Of a stretch of 64,000 nt of DNA, positions 48,751-58,024 are shown piece by piece; position 1 is the stretch's first letter, and the number at the start of each line of letters is the position of its first letter. A model generated the notes under the pieces. It worked only from the letters and a program-made list of their open reading frames with translations, did not search any database and was not told the origin of the DNA. Source of the DNA: a virus (Duplodnaviria; Caudoviricetes). Position numbers and translations under genes: made by a program. Location: positions 1 through 64,000 of IMG/VR virus record IMGVR_UViG_3300047545_000339; one strand, written 5' to 3'.

Positions 48751-50084
48751 TTACTAATAATGGCAAAGACATAATTTCTAAGTACCTTTTAGGACAGGCT
48801 CCAGCCTATGCAACACATATATCTATTGGATGTGGAGCAACCCCATTAGATCCAACAGATCCAGAGCAGGAAGACATAGCCACAAAAAATACGATGGACT
48901 TTGAAATGACAAGAGTTCCAATTAGCTCTCGTGGATTTGTTGAAGAAGATGGAATTACAAAGGTTTCTCTTATTGCACAATTGCCTACAGAAAATAGATA
49001 CGAAATTAGCGAGGTAGGTCTTTGGTCAGGTCCAAGCAATTCCTTAGCAAAAGGATTTGATAGCAGAGTAATCTTTGATTTCCAAGAAGAATGGCAGGCA
49101 CATGATGTATCAGTAGATCCAATTGACTTAGTAGAAAACCTAGGGTCTGGGGGAACCATTGATGATGGTGGAAGAACTGTTTTTAGAGTAAACTCTGGAA
49201 ACTCACTGCTAGAAGAGGCAGCAAGAAAGGCAAGAAAAGAGGGTCCAAGATTTTTAAATAGTTCTATTTTTATGAGGGGTGATTCATCAAATATAGAATC
49301 CTCTGATATAGAAATAGTTTCTGCATCTGCGAATGGAACTCAGATAATATATACCGCAACAAATTCATTTGTTCAAGGAGATAAGATTACAGTTTCTTCT
49401 TCAAGCAATGAACTTTTTGATGTTATAAATGCACAGGTTGTTTCTGCTTCTGCTGGTGGATTCACCATAAATAAAAATACAAGTGCTTCTGCATCATCTC
49501 TAGGAGGAGTAGCATGGAAAACAGGAACTTGGTCCCCTGAAGAAGACTTAGAAGGATTTACATCAAAGCACATTCATCTTAATGGAATATCTTTGAACAT
49601 TGGAAACAATAGCCCATCGGACATTTTAACCCTAGCAATAAGTCTTGTTGACAAAGACTCAGTAGGAAACGGTAATCCAGAATTTGTAAAGATTTTAGTT
49701 GAATTTTTTAGGAATGAAATAAGTCAAGATAATGGATATGCCAAGGCAGAAATATATATTCCAGGATCAGAGTTTACAGACAGATATAAAGCAATCTCTT
49801 TTCCAATATCCAACCTAATAACATCCCCAGACTTTTCTTCCTCAGAAGTAAGAATTGCTAGAGTTTTTTGCTATGTTGGAGTAACAGATGGGCCATCTAT
49901 TGTAGGGTCTACAAATCATTATGTTTCACTAGATGGATTTAGGCTTGATAATATCTCTACAAATAATCCTCTTTATAAGATGGTGGGATACTCATCAACA
50001 AGAACAGCAGATGGATCTCCAGTAATTAAGTTTAGAAACACAAATAATTTTGTTGAATTTAGGTTCGCTGTCGGGGTTACATAA
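48747..50084 (+). CDS. Minor tail/baseplate protein
   Basis: MITNNGK..I..YL, IGCG and EISEVGL collar-like pattern. Confidence 0.55.
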   Translation: MITNNGKDIISKYLLGQAPAYATHISIGCGATPLDPTDPEQEDIATKNTMDFEMTRVPISSRGFVEEDGITKVSLIAQLPTENRYEISEVGLWSGPSNSLAKGFDSRVIFDFQEEWQAHDVSVDPIDLVENLGSGGTIDDGGRTVFRVNSGNSLLEEAARKARKEGPRFLNSSIFMRGDSSNIESSDIEIVSASANGTQIIYTATNSFVQGDKITVSSSSNELFDVINAQVVSASAGGFTINKNTSASASSLGGVAWKTGTWSPEEDLEGFTSKHIHLNGISLNIGNNSPSDILTLAISLVDKDSVGNGNPEFVKILVEFFRNEISQDNGYAKAEIYIPGSEFTDRYKAISFPISNLITSPDFSSSEVRIARVFCYVGVTDGPSIVGSTNHYVSLDGFRLDNISTNNPLYKMVGYSSTRTADGSPVIKFRNTNNFVEFRFAVGVT

Positions 50085-50872
50085 TGTCTAAACTGATTAG
50101 AATTCCATATCAAAATCTTCCAGATATCAATGCATTAACAGAACAGTATCAAGTAAGATACAGAATAAAATCTGACGATGGAAACAGAACATCTGCTTGG
50201 TCTCCCATTTATGGAATAAATCCAAACTTTACCTTTCAAACAAACGTAGACATGGTATTTGAAAAAGAAACTGGATATACTCGTGCTGTTTGGGACCCTG
50301 TTAGAATATTAACAGAAGATGAAAATTTTGTTAATGATTTAACTGTTTATGATATTTGGGTAAGATATAGTATTGACTTAGGAGATGCTAGAGAATGGCA
50401 GTATCAAGAAAGAGTCTTTGGAACATCTCTAAATATTTTTAAGCCACCAATGATATCAACAATAAAATATATTAGCATTGAGGTTTATAGACCAAGCGTA
50501 CAAAGTGTCACCATGAGAGCAAGAAGATTTGATGTATATCAAGATAGCGCACATATAGACTTAATTAAATACAGAATAGAGTTTGATCAAGATATAGATT
50601 TTGAAACTGGGGAAGAAATAGTTTATGAAGTAAGGCAAGAAACTGGCAATAATCCAGTAGGTGGACTATCCAACAATGGTCATTATTTTGTTAGAAGAGT
50701 AACACCTCTTGGAATAAACACGATTCAGCTACATCCAACAAGGCAAGATGCAATTAATAATACAAATGTCATTAATTTAACATCTCATCCCAGTAGTATT
50801 GGATATTTCACTGCTGCTGACTGTACACTTTGTGATCATCTTCTTTATTCACAAGCATATCTAGGCATATAG
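50084..50872 (+). CDS. Minor tail protein
   Basis: YQVRYRI.SDDGNRTSAWSP and a C-terminal FETGEEIVY...GGL...YFV barrel. Confidence 0.5.
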   Translation: MSKLIRIPYQNLPDINALTEQYQVRYRIKSDDGNRTSAWSPIYGINPNFTFQTNVDMVFEKETGYTRAVWDPVRILTEDENFVNDLTVYDIWVRYSIDLGDAREWQYQERVFGTSLNIFKPPMISTIKYISIEVYRPSVQSVTMRARRFDVYQDSAHIDLIKYRIEFDQDIDFETGEEIVYEVRQETGNNPVGGLSNNGHYFVRRVTPLGINTIQLHPTRQDAINNTNVINLTSHPSSIGYFTAADCTLCDHLLYSQAYLGI

Positions 50873-50881
50873 TGGTATAAT
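50873..50881 (+). promoter_or_regulatory. Extended -10 promoter TGGTATAAT
   Basis: Directly after a TAG stop; AGGAG RBS precedes 50897. Confidence 0.7.
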
Positions 50882-50896
50882 TTTATAGGAGAAATT

Positions 50897-51343
50897 ATGG
50901 CAAGAATACCAACACCAGACAGAGGACAGCCAATAGATGTACCATACCTATATCAGTTGGCAACTGCAGTAAACAATATTTCTGATCAAATTGATGCCTC
51001 TTCACAAAAATATACAACAGTATATAGTAGAGAAGCACAAAAGCAAGATCTAAGAACATCTGAAACAAAGTTTTTTGCATCATTTGCAGACCTTCCCCAG
51101 CAACTAGCAGTTACTGCGGGAGATACAAGAGAATTTGCCTTTGACATATCCAATCTTGGATTTAAGTATCCTCCAATCGTAACTATGACACCAGTTAATA
51201 CTGGAACTAGCACGGCAAGCAATGATGTTTCTGTAACAGTTAGTTCTGTAACAACATCAAGAATAGATGGATTTGTTAGATTTAATTCAACTGGTCAAGT
51301 CGATGTAGCAGTCAATGTCATCGCCATCGGCATTCCAGAATAA
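50897..51343 (+). CDS. Minor tail protein with an H-type-lectin/gp53-like C-terminus
   Basis: FKYPPIVTMT...VNVIAIG pattern. Confidence 0.55.
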   Translation: MARIPTPDRGQPIDVPYLYQLATAVNNISDQIDASSQKYTTVYSREAQKQDLRTSETKFFASFADLPQQLAVTAGDTREFAFDISNLGFKYPPIVTMTPVNTGTSTASNDVSVTVSSVTTSRIDGFVRFNSTGQVDVAVNVIAIGIPE

Positions 51344-51344
51344 A

Positions 51345-51353
51345 TGATATAAT
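51345..51353 (+). promoter_or_regulatory. Extended -10 promoter TGATATAAT, predicted leaderless; starts the replication module
   Basis: 7 nt before the ATG at 51361; no SD. Confidence 0.75.
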
Positions 51354-51360
51354 TGTCGGC

Positions 51361-51555
51361 ATGTTGAAGTGCCCAAAGTGCAAAGGAAAAGTTTTTGTTG
51401 ATAGCATGTTCAATGCACAAAATCATATTGAAACCTTTTGCATTAGATGTGGCAGAAGAAAGTTTTACCATAACTTTGGTCCAGAAGATAAGGAAGCACA
51501 GTGGCTTCTAAAAATAGAGCAGATGAGAGCGGCAACCTCAATCTCAAGCCTGTAA
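51361..51555 (+). CDS. Small zinc-ribbon protein
   Basis: CPKC...CIRCG. Confidence 0.75.
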   Translation: MLKCPKCKGKVFVDSMFNAQNHIETFCIRCGRRKFYHNFGPEDKEAQWLLKIEQMRAATSISSL

Positions 51556-52043
51556 TTAAACCAAGAACAAAGATTTGGTTTTTAAATGGAGATCTTGTTC
51601 GTGTTTTGCACACAAGCAGGGCGGCAGGAATAATTACCCTTTTTAATAAAACAAAAGATGAAACAATGACTACAACTATTGTTGAGTTTAAAAAGAAAAG
51701 AAAAAAGGCTTTTACAGTTAAAGAAACAGCACAGTTATTAAACTGTCATGTTAAGCATATTCCAAGATTAGTAAAACGAGGAGTCATTCCAGAACCAGTT
51801 GGTGAACTTCCTGGTGGAAAAAGAGCGTTTCACTACTTGTCATATTACTCAGAAGATACTATAATGGAGGCTAGGAGGGCCATGGCGATGATTCATCAGG
51901 GTCAGCCTAGAAAAGATGGTCTCATCACAAATAACAAAACTCCTACAGAACAAGAGTTAAGATATGCAATGGGTGATGGCATCCTTTTATATACAAGAGA
52001 TGAGAATGGAAACTTCATTCCCATCTTCTCTGAAACTATCTAA
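51501..52043 (+). CDS. MerR/excisionase-like HTH DNA-binding protein
   Basis: FTVKETAQLLNCH...LVKRGVIP.P...YYSEDTI. Confidence 0.75.
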   Translation: MASKNRADESGNLNLKPVIKPRTKIWFLNGDLVRVLHTSRAAGIITLFNKTKDETMTTTIVEFKKKRKKAFTVKETAQLLNCHVKHIPRLVKRGVIPEPVGELPGGKRAFHYLSYYSEDTIMEARRAMAMIHQGQPRKDGLITNNKTPTEQELRYAMGDGILLYTRDENGNFIPIFSETI

Positions 52044-52057
52044 AGAAAGGTATTTTT

Positions 52058-52255
52058 ATGGAGCCTACTAAGGTTCAGTGGTCACTTGGATATACCCTAA
52101 ATACTGGAAATTTCCAGTCTCTTAGGCTTGATTGCCAAGTAACAGATTTTGTTCGTGATAATGAATCTACAAAGGAAGCGTCTGATCGTGTATATGCATT
52201 TGTAGAGCAGCAACTTATTGAAAAACTAAGCGAGGCTAAGGAGGAAATGGCATGA
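52058..52255 (+). CDS. Conserved hypothetical protein
   Basis: LGYTLNTGNFQSLRLD; AAAGG RBS. Confidence 0.7.
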   Translation: MEPTKVQWSLGYTLNTGNFQSLRLDCQVTDFVRDNESTKEASDRVYAFVEQQLIEKLSEAKEEMA

Positions 52256-52458
52256 AGGCATATGTAGCAACAGGTGAATATGCACAGTTGGTTTGTGCGT
52301 TTGATAAGAATCCAGCAAAGGCTCTTAAGAAGGCAGCAAAGAAGATTGATGAGTTGCAGAATGACAACGAGTATCTTATGCTTACTGGAGTAAACATCAA
52401 CTATGATGATGAAGGATTCTACTATGTGACTGCCACTGTATCAACAGCGGTACTATAA
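52252..52458 (+). CDS. Hypothetical protein
   Basis: GGAGG RBS, ATGA coupling. Confidence 0.65.
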   Translation: MKAYVATGEYAQLVCAFDKNPAKALKKAAKKIDELQNDNEYLMLTGVNINYDDEGFYYVTATVSTAVL

Positions 52459-52769
52459 TGGCTGATCGCAAGGAAAGGTTCGCGGTACTTAGTAGGTTTG
52501 AGAAGCATTGGAACATAAACGGTTTTCCAAAGTTACAGATCAATAAGTACAACGAGCAATGGGCAGCAGACGCATTACTTGAATCTTTTCCGATGGAAGA
52601 TATTTATGATGCCATGACGTATTATTTTCAAGTAAATCCTCGTCCATCATGGAAAGGATTTGCCAACAACGTTGATCGTCTGCTACAATCAAAAGCAGAA
52701 AAAGAAGAAGACATGCGACTACGCATTGAGCGCCGTGAAAAGGCAAAGGAGTGGTTAAGTGAATATTGA
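52458..52769 (+). CDS. Hypothetical protein, possibly helicase-loader/initiator-like
   Basis: Coupled directly upstream of dnaB; helical. Confidence 0.5.
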   Translation: MADRKERFAVLSRFEKHWNINGFPKLQINKYNEQWAADALLESFPMEDIYDAMTYYFQVNPRPSWKGFANNVDRLLQSKAEKEEDMRLRIERREKAKEWLSEY

Positions 52770-53976
52770 GGCTAAGACTTTATCAGCGGTACTTAATGAC
52801 AAGCAGACACATGTTCTGTTGCAGGCTAATGTTGATTCTATGCTGCAAACACATAATGATGTATGGAAATTCATCCACAACTACTATGAACAAAATAAGG
52901 CTGCTCCATCCCCAACGCTTGTTAAGGAGAAGTTTCCAGATTTTGATTATATATCAGAAACAGGTGCGACTAAACATCATCTAGATGAACTGCGCCAAGA
53001 ATATCTCAATGAGAGTGTCAAGGTTATGTTGCGTGATGCGGCAAACAAGGTTATGGAGGGAGATTCGCTTTCAGCACTTGATGCTTTATTGGGTGAGACA
53101 GCACGACTAAAGCAAGTTACCTCGCCTGCGCGTGACTTGGATGTGTCTAATATTGATGATGCACTAGCATATTTTGAGAACGTAAAGCGTCAGCAGGAAG
53201 CGGGTAACTACGGTATTTATACTGGAATTAAGGGCTTTGATTCCTTTATGCCGTCTGGAATTATGCCAGGAAACTTTGGCATTCTTCTCGCATATCCTGC
53301 TATTGGTAAGTCTTGGATGGCCCTATACTTTGCCGTTGCCGCATGGAAAAGGGGAAAGTCTCCACTTATTGTAAGCCTTGAGATGACTGAGACAGAGGTT
53401 CGTAATCGCATATTTACAATTCTTGGTGAGGGTCTTTGGTCGCACAGAAAGTTATCTCGCGGTGATGTAGAGATTGATATGATGAAAAAGTGGATGAAGA
53501 AGACGTTTGACGGTATGCCACCACTTCATATTATTTCTAACGAGGGTATTGGAGAAATTAGTCCAAGTGTTCTTAGAGGAAAAATTGACCAATACAGTCC
53601 GTCAATTGTCTTTCTTGACTATCTCAATCTCATGACTAGCAATCAGCGCACAGAGAATGAAGTTGTTAAGATGAAAAACCTTAGCCGTGAATTAAAGTTG
53701 CTTGCTATTAGCGAAGAAATTCCAATCATTGCTATTTCATCTGCAACTCCAGATGATGTAACCGATATGCACAGTGTTCCAACACTTGGTCAAACATCTT
53801 GGTCACGACAAATCGCCTATGATGCTGACTTTTTGTTGGCATTGGGAAGGGCAGCAAATAGCGATGTAGTCGAATGTGTTTTTCGTAAGTCAAGAAACGG
53901 ACCACTAGGAGACTTTTTGGTACAGGTTGATTTTGATCGCGGTATGTTTAGGGATAAAGCGTTTGATGATAACTGA
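52759..53976 (+). CDS. dnaB: DnaB-like replicative helicase
   Basis: AYPAIGKS Walker A, SLEM, LDYL, SRELK, YDAD and KSRNG. Confidence 0.92.
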   Translation: MNIEAKTLSAVLNDKQTHVLLQANVDSMLQTHNDVWKFIHNYYEQNKAAPSPTLVKEKFPDFDYISETGATKHHLDELRQEYLNESVKVMLRDAANKVMEGDSLSALDALLGETARLKQVTSPARDLDVSNIDDALAYFENVKRQQEAGNYGIYTGIKGFDSFMPSGIMPGNFGILLAYPAIGKSWMALYFAVAAWKRGKSPLIVSLEMTETEVRNRIFTILGEGLWSHRKLSRGDVEIDMMKKWMKKTFDGMPPLHIISNEGIGEISPSVLRGKIDQYSPSIVFLDYLNLMTSNQRTENEVVKMKNLSRELKLLAISEEIPIIAISSATPDDVTDMHSVPTLGQTSWSRQIAYDADFLLALGRAANSDVVECVFRKSRNGPLGDFLVQVDFDRGMFRDKAFDDN

Positions 53977-53985
53977 TCAATTTTA

Positions 53986-53994
53986 TGGTATAAT
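53986..53994 (+). promoter_or_regulatory. Extended -10 promoter TGGTATAAT, predicted leaderless
   Basis: 6 nt before the ATG at 54001. Confidence 0.75.
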
Positions 53995-54000
53995 TGATCT

Positions 54001-54489
54001 ATGAAGATTTGTGGTAGGTGTAAAGAAAAAAAGCCGTTTTCCGAATTTGGGAAAAAGGGCAGTGGATATCAATCATACTGTATTCCATGTAGAAGAATTG
54101 CTCAAAAGGAATGGCTAGAGGCTGATCCAGAAAGAAAAAAGAAGGCAGTTCAAAGAGCAAAAAAATGGGGTATAGATAACCCAGAAAAAAGAAAAGAACA
54201 TAGAAGGAAATATATTGAAAAATATCCAGAAAGGGTGTCTAAACAAAGGCTTAAGCAAAGGCTTAAAATATATGGATTAACTATTGAACAATATTATTCT
54301 ATGCTTGATAATCAGAATAACTGTTGTGTAATATGTGAAAAAGAAAAAGACTTATGGATTGATCATAATCATATAACAGGAAAAGTTCGTGGATTGCTTT
54401 GTCCAGCATGTAATAGCATTGTAGGATATTTAGAAACATATGGAGAAATTATCTGTGTTGCAGAAAGATACATTAAAGACTTTGAGTAA
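54001..54489 (+). CDS. Endonuclease VII-family HNH (free-standing homing-type) endonuclease
   Basis: N-terminal CxxC...CxxC; YGLT; QNNCCVIC; IDHNHITGKVRGLLCPACN. Confidence 0.9.
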   Translation: MKICGRCKEKKPFSEFGKKGSGYQSYCIPCRRIAQKEWLEADPERKKKAVQRAKKWGIDNPEKRKEHRRKYIEKYPERVSKQRLKQRLKIYGLTIEQYYSMLDNQNNCCVICEKEKDLWIDHNHITGKVRGLLCPACNSIVGYLETYGEIICVAERYIKDFE

Positions 54490-54491
54490 GG

Positions 54492-54500
54492 TGGTATAAT
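54492..54500 (+). promoter_or_regulatory. Extended -10 promoter TGGTATAAT, predicted leaderless
   Basis: 6 nt before the ATG at 54507. Confidence 0.75.
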
Positions 54501-54506
54501 TAAAAC

Positions 54507-54791
54507 ATGGCTAGTCATAAAATATATACATTAAATAACTCTACACCAACCAGAGTCACTCCCAGACCAGTTCATTCAGGTGTTGACGTAACAGTTCAAA
54601 ATCTTGATGAATCAGCATTTGTTTATGTTGGAGTAAACGATACACTTTCCACTACAAATTATGGATTTAAGGTTCTGCCCAACAGTGCTATTTCTTTTGA
54701 GTTGCCAGGAAGCGATACAATCTTCCTTATTGGTTCTGCCGCATCAGTTGAAGCAGCAGTTCTTATTATAGGTCTTGAGGAAGGCGACTAA
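54507..54791 (+). CDS. Small beta-sandwich protein, probably virion-associated
   Basis: VTVQN...VYVG...NYGFKV.P pattern. Confidence 0.5.
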   Translation: MASHKIYTLNNSTPTRVTPRPVHSGVDVTVQNLDESAFVYVGVNDTLSTTNYGFKVLPNSAISFELPGSDTIFLIGSAASVEAAVLIIGLEEGD

Positions 54792-56047
54792 TGTCTAGAT
54801 TTACTTATCCTGTCGGCAGTGGTGGCGGCAGTGCCTCAGCAGATATTGCTGATTTTATATTTATCAATGAAGATGAAGATAATAGCACCATGACCTTGCC
54901 AATCAACAAAGAAATGACTATTGAAACAACAAGAGATGATGATGGCGATGCAGACATAAATATTTATTCTGCTGATGATATTTTTATTACAGCACGAGGC
55001 GATGATGTAAACATAAGTGCGTTTAATGAAGTATCAATAGAATCTGATGACGAAAACTACACATGGACCTTTACTAATTCTGGAAATCTTGATCTCCCAG
55101 GCGATGGGTACATTTCAAATCCATCAAGTTCTTCTGGAGACCCAAACACACCATACGTTGATACTCTTCATTTAGTTCCAGACAGTGATCTTGACAATGA
55201 TCGCTATATTATTCTTGATCCAACATCTCCAAACCACATCCATATTCGTGCTGGTGGAGACATGGACAATTCCTTGGCACAACTTATTTTAGGTGGAGAA
55301 AAAGCCAATGTATCAGTAACTGATAATTCTCATGATGTTGGTATTAGCACATATGATGCAGAAGGCGACAATTATTATGGATGGAATTTTGGAAATGATG
55401 GAGTCCTTGCTGGACCAGCAATGGGTGGACTTATTGTTAACGGTTTGTTTGGTGCAAATGAACAAAATTTACTAATATATGGTGGGGCAAGTGGCGCTAT
55501 TGTTTTAAGCGGGGAAAATGGAGAATTTCTTAATGATCCAGATATTCCAGCAAATCAAATAGCAACAATTGGCGATGTTAATACTGCTACTGATAAGGCA
55601 TATATTTCTTTATACAGTACTGCTGACCAAGGTCCATATACAGCAAATACAATTCAGCCATTTACATACACAAACGTAGACTTTTCAAATGATATTTCTT
55701 TAGTAGAAGGATCATTAATTACTTTTGCAAAGGCAGGAAAGTATAATCTTGCATTCTCTGCACAACTTCATCAAACAAACTCATCTGGTATTGTGAATAT
55801 TTGGTTGAGAAAGAATGGCAACAATATGCCAGCAACAAATACCAAGTGCTCTATCACAGCCAATAACCCCTACTACGTTGCTGCATGGAACTTCTTCATA
55901 GATGCAGCGGCAGGAGATGACTTTGAACTTATTTGGTCTTCTGATAGCAGTCATACTGTAATAGAATACGAAGCCGCTACAGGATCTGGAGCAACAGAAC
56001 ATCCATCAGTTCCTTCAATTATATTGACTGTAAATGAAATATCATAA
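54791..56047 (+). CDS. Acidic fibre-like protein with a C1q/TNF-like C-terminal domain
   Basis: ITFAKAGKYNLAFSAQL, IWLRKNG, AAWNFF and PSIILTV. Confidence 0.6.
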   Translation: MSRFTYPVGSGGGSASADIADFIFINEDEDNSTMTLPINKEMTIETTRDDDGDADINIYSADDIFITARGDDVNISAFNEVSIESDDENYTWTFTNSGNLDLPGDGYISNPSSSSGDPNTPYVDTLHLVPDSDLDNDRYIILDPTSPNHIHIRAGGDMDNSLAQLILGGEKANVSVTDNSHDVGISTYDAEGDNYYGWNFGNDGVLAGPAMGGLIVNGLFGANEQNLLIYGGASGAIVLSGENGEFLNDPDIPANQIATIGDVNTATDKAYISLYSTADQGPYTANTIQPFTYTNVDFSNDISLVEGSLITFAKAGKYNLAFSAQLHQTNSSGIVNIWLRKNGNNMPATNTKCSITANNPYYVAAWNFFIDAAAGDDFELIWSSDSSHTVIEYEAATGSGATEHPSVPSIILTVNEIS

Positions 56048-56049
56048 TC

Positions 56050-56058
56050 CTGTATAAT
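56050..56058 (+). promoter_or_regulatory. -10 promoter variant CTGTATAAT, predicted leaderless
   Basis: 6 nt before the ATG at 56065. The same variant occurs at 29449 before the tail tube gene. Confidence 0.6.
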
Positions 56059-56064
56059 TAGGGT

Positions 56065-56403
56065 ATGAAAAACTTCATACATAAATCTATAAAACGTTTC
56101 CATTTAGATGGACAGATTTATGATGATGCTTTAATTCCAAGATTACAACTTGAATATATAAAAATAATCAACACTCAGATGCAATTGCAAGGATATGCAC
56201 CAAGGCTAGATATTGACCCACAGTTCACAATATCATATAATGGAAACTCATACGATTTTATTTTATCGGTTTACGGTACTTTTGTAGGGAAAAGGAATGC
56301 AGAATGGATAGAAGGTTTGGACGGCAGCAAGCCAATATATATACAGCAGAGCAAGTCAAAAGAATCCTCAATGGATCAGGAATCTCAATCGAATCAGAAG
56401 TAG
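56065..56403 (+). CDS. Conserved hypothetical protein upstream of the primase
   Basis: M..QGYAPRLDIDPQF..SY and LSVYG..VGK. Confidence 0.7.
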   Translation: MKNFIHKSIKRFHLDGQIYDDALIPRLQLEYIKIINTQMQLQGYAPRLDIDPQFTISYNGNSYDFILSVYGTFVGKRNAEWIEGLDGSKPIYIQQSKSKESSMDQESQSNQK

Positions 56404-57248
56404 ATTCAGACTTTATTGTTTTTTGTCCATTTCATAATAACTATAGAACCCCTGCTGGAGAAGTTTCAAAAGAGAGAGGAACATTCTTTTGCTTCTCCTG
56501 TCAAACATCAAAATCCCTTGTAGAGTTTGTTATGTTTGTTACTCAAAAAAGTTACTTTGAATCGCTAAGATTTATTGAATCATCTTCAACAGAATCTGAT
56601 ATTGTTGATGTGATTGATAAGGCATTGGTAAAAGAGCCAGAATGGAAACCCTTTGACGAGATATTAATTCGTAGACTACATGCTCAGGCATTAGATTCCC
56701 CAAGAGCAATGAGATATTACGAAGGAAGAAGAATATCAGAAAATTCAGTTAATAAGTTTTTATTAGGATATTCTGATAATCAAGATATGGTTATAATACC
56801 AATGCACAACACGGATGGATCAGTCTTAGTTGGATTTGTTGCAAGGTCAGTAGAGGGAAAAGATTTTAAGAATACCCCCAACCTACCAAAATCTAGAATT
56901 TTGTTTAATCTTCATCGTGTAAAGAAGTATGACACGGTATATGTAGTCGAATCATCTTTTGATGCTATTAGACTAGATCAAAATGGTATTCCAGCAGTAG
57001 CAACGCTAGGAGCCAATGTTTCAAAAAATCAAACAGAGTTATTGACAAAACACTTCAACAATGTTATAGTTGTAGGAGATAACGATGATGCTGGAAAGGG
57101 AATGCAGGACAAGATTCTAGATCGTCTAGGAAGTCGTGCTACACTTATCACTATTCCGTCACGATTCAAGGATATTGGAGACATGACGGATGAAGATATA
57201 CAGAAGTTAAATACAAAAATATCAGATCCACTATTTTCATTATTATAA
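56304..57248 (+). CDS. dnaG: DNA primase (CHC2 zinc finger plus TOPRIM)
   Basis: CPFH...CFSC, VESSFDA, DNDDAG and KDIGD. Confidence 0.92.
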   Translation: MDRRFGRQQANIYTAEQVKRILNGSGISIESEVDSDFIVFCPFHNNYRTPAGEVSKERGTFFCFSCQTSKSLVEFVMFVTQKSYFESLRFIESSSTESDIVDVIDKALVKEPEWKPFDEILIRRLHAQALDSPRAMRYYEGRRISENSVNKFLLGYSDNQDMVIIPMHNTDGSVLVGFVARSVEGKDFKNTPNLPKSRILFNLHRVKKYDTVYVVESSFDAIRLDQNGIPAVATLGANVSKNQTELLTKHFNNVIVVGDNDDAGKGMQDKILDRLGSRATLITIPSRFKDIGDMTDEDIQKLNTKISDPLFSLL

Positions 57249-57257
57249 GGAGAAAAA

Positions 57258-57941
57258 ATGAGTATTATGAAGGGACTAAAGGCCATGGAACAGGCCATTG
57301 ATAAGCCCAAGGCAGCCGCAGAGTCAGGTGGCATGAAGGTTCGCTGGCTCAAGTTGGAGGATGGTCAATCAGCAAAGGTTCGTTTTATCAACGAACTAGA
57401 CGAGGATTCACCAAACTATAATGAATCACGAGATGTTGCAATCGTGGTTTCAGAACACACTAATCCAAAGGATTACAAGCGCAAGGCTGTCTGTACACAG
57501 GAAAGTGAAGGACGATGCTTTGGATGCGAGATGGCTCGCAAGGAAACAATGGAAGATAGGAAGCGTGGAGGATCGTGGAGACCACGACTACGCTTCTATA
57601 CAAATCTTCTGGTTGACGATGGTCTAGAAGATCCATACGTGGCTGTTTGGTCACAGGGTGTGGGAAAGCAGTCTGCTTTTAATTCTATTCGGGAATATGC
57701 TCTAGATACAGGAAGCGTCAGCAATCTAACATGGAGGCTCAAGCGTCAGGGTACAGGAACAGATACAACATATGTTCTTCTTCCTACGGCTCCAGATTCT
57801 GAGCCATTTGATTGGCCTAGCATTGATCCTTTCAATCTAGAAAAGGTTGTTAGGGAAGTTCCTTACGCAGAGCAGGAGGCATTCTATCTTGGATTCGATG
57901 CCCCAACAGGCTCTTCTTCATCTACCAATATTGACTGGTAG
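57258..57941 (+). CDS. gp32-like phage ssDNA-binding protein
   Basis: WLKLEDGQSAKVRF, H...C...CFGC zinc site, KRQGTGTDTTY and a tail ending in DW. Confidence 0.75.
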   Translation: MSIMKGLKAMEQAIDKPKAAAESGGMKVRWLKLEDGQSAKVRFINELDEDSPNYNESRDVAIVVSEHTNPKDYKRKAVCTQESEGRCFGCEMARKETMEDRKRGGSWRPRLRFYTNLLVDDGLEDPYVAVWSQGVGKQSAFNSIREYALDTGSVSNLTWRLKRQGTGTDTTYVLLPTAPDSEPFDWPSIDPFNLEKVVREVPYAEQEAFYLGFDAPTGSSSSTNIDW

Positions 57942-57947
57942 TTAACT

Positions 57948-58000
57948 AGTGGGGGAGGGCAATCCAACTGCAATAAATTTATAGCAGGCTCTCCCCCACT
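57948..58000 (+). other. Long bulged RNA hairpin between the SSB gene and dnaE
   Basis: AGTGGGGGAG/CTCCCCCACT perfect stem plus inner CTGC/GCAG stem. Confidence 0.7.
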
Positions 58001-58024
58001 CTTATAATAATAGAAAGGAATATT

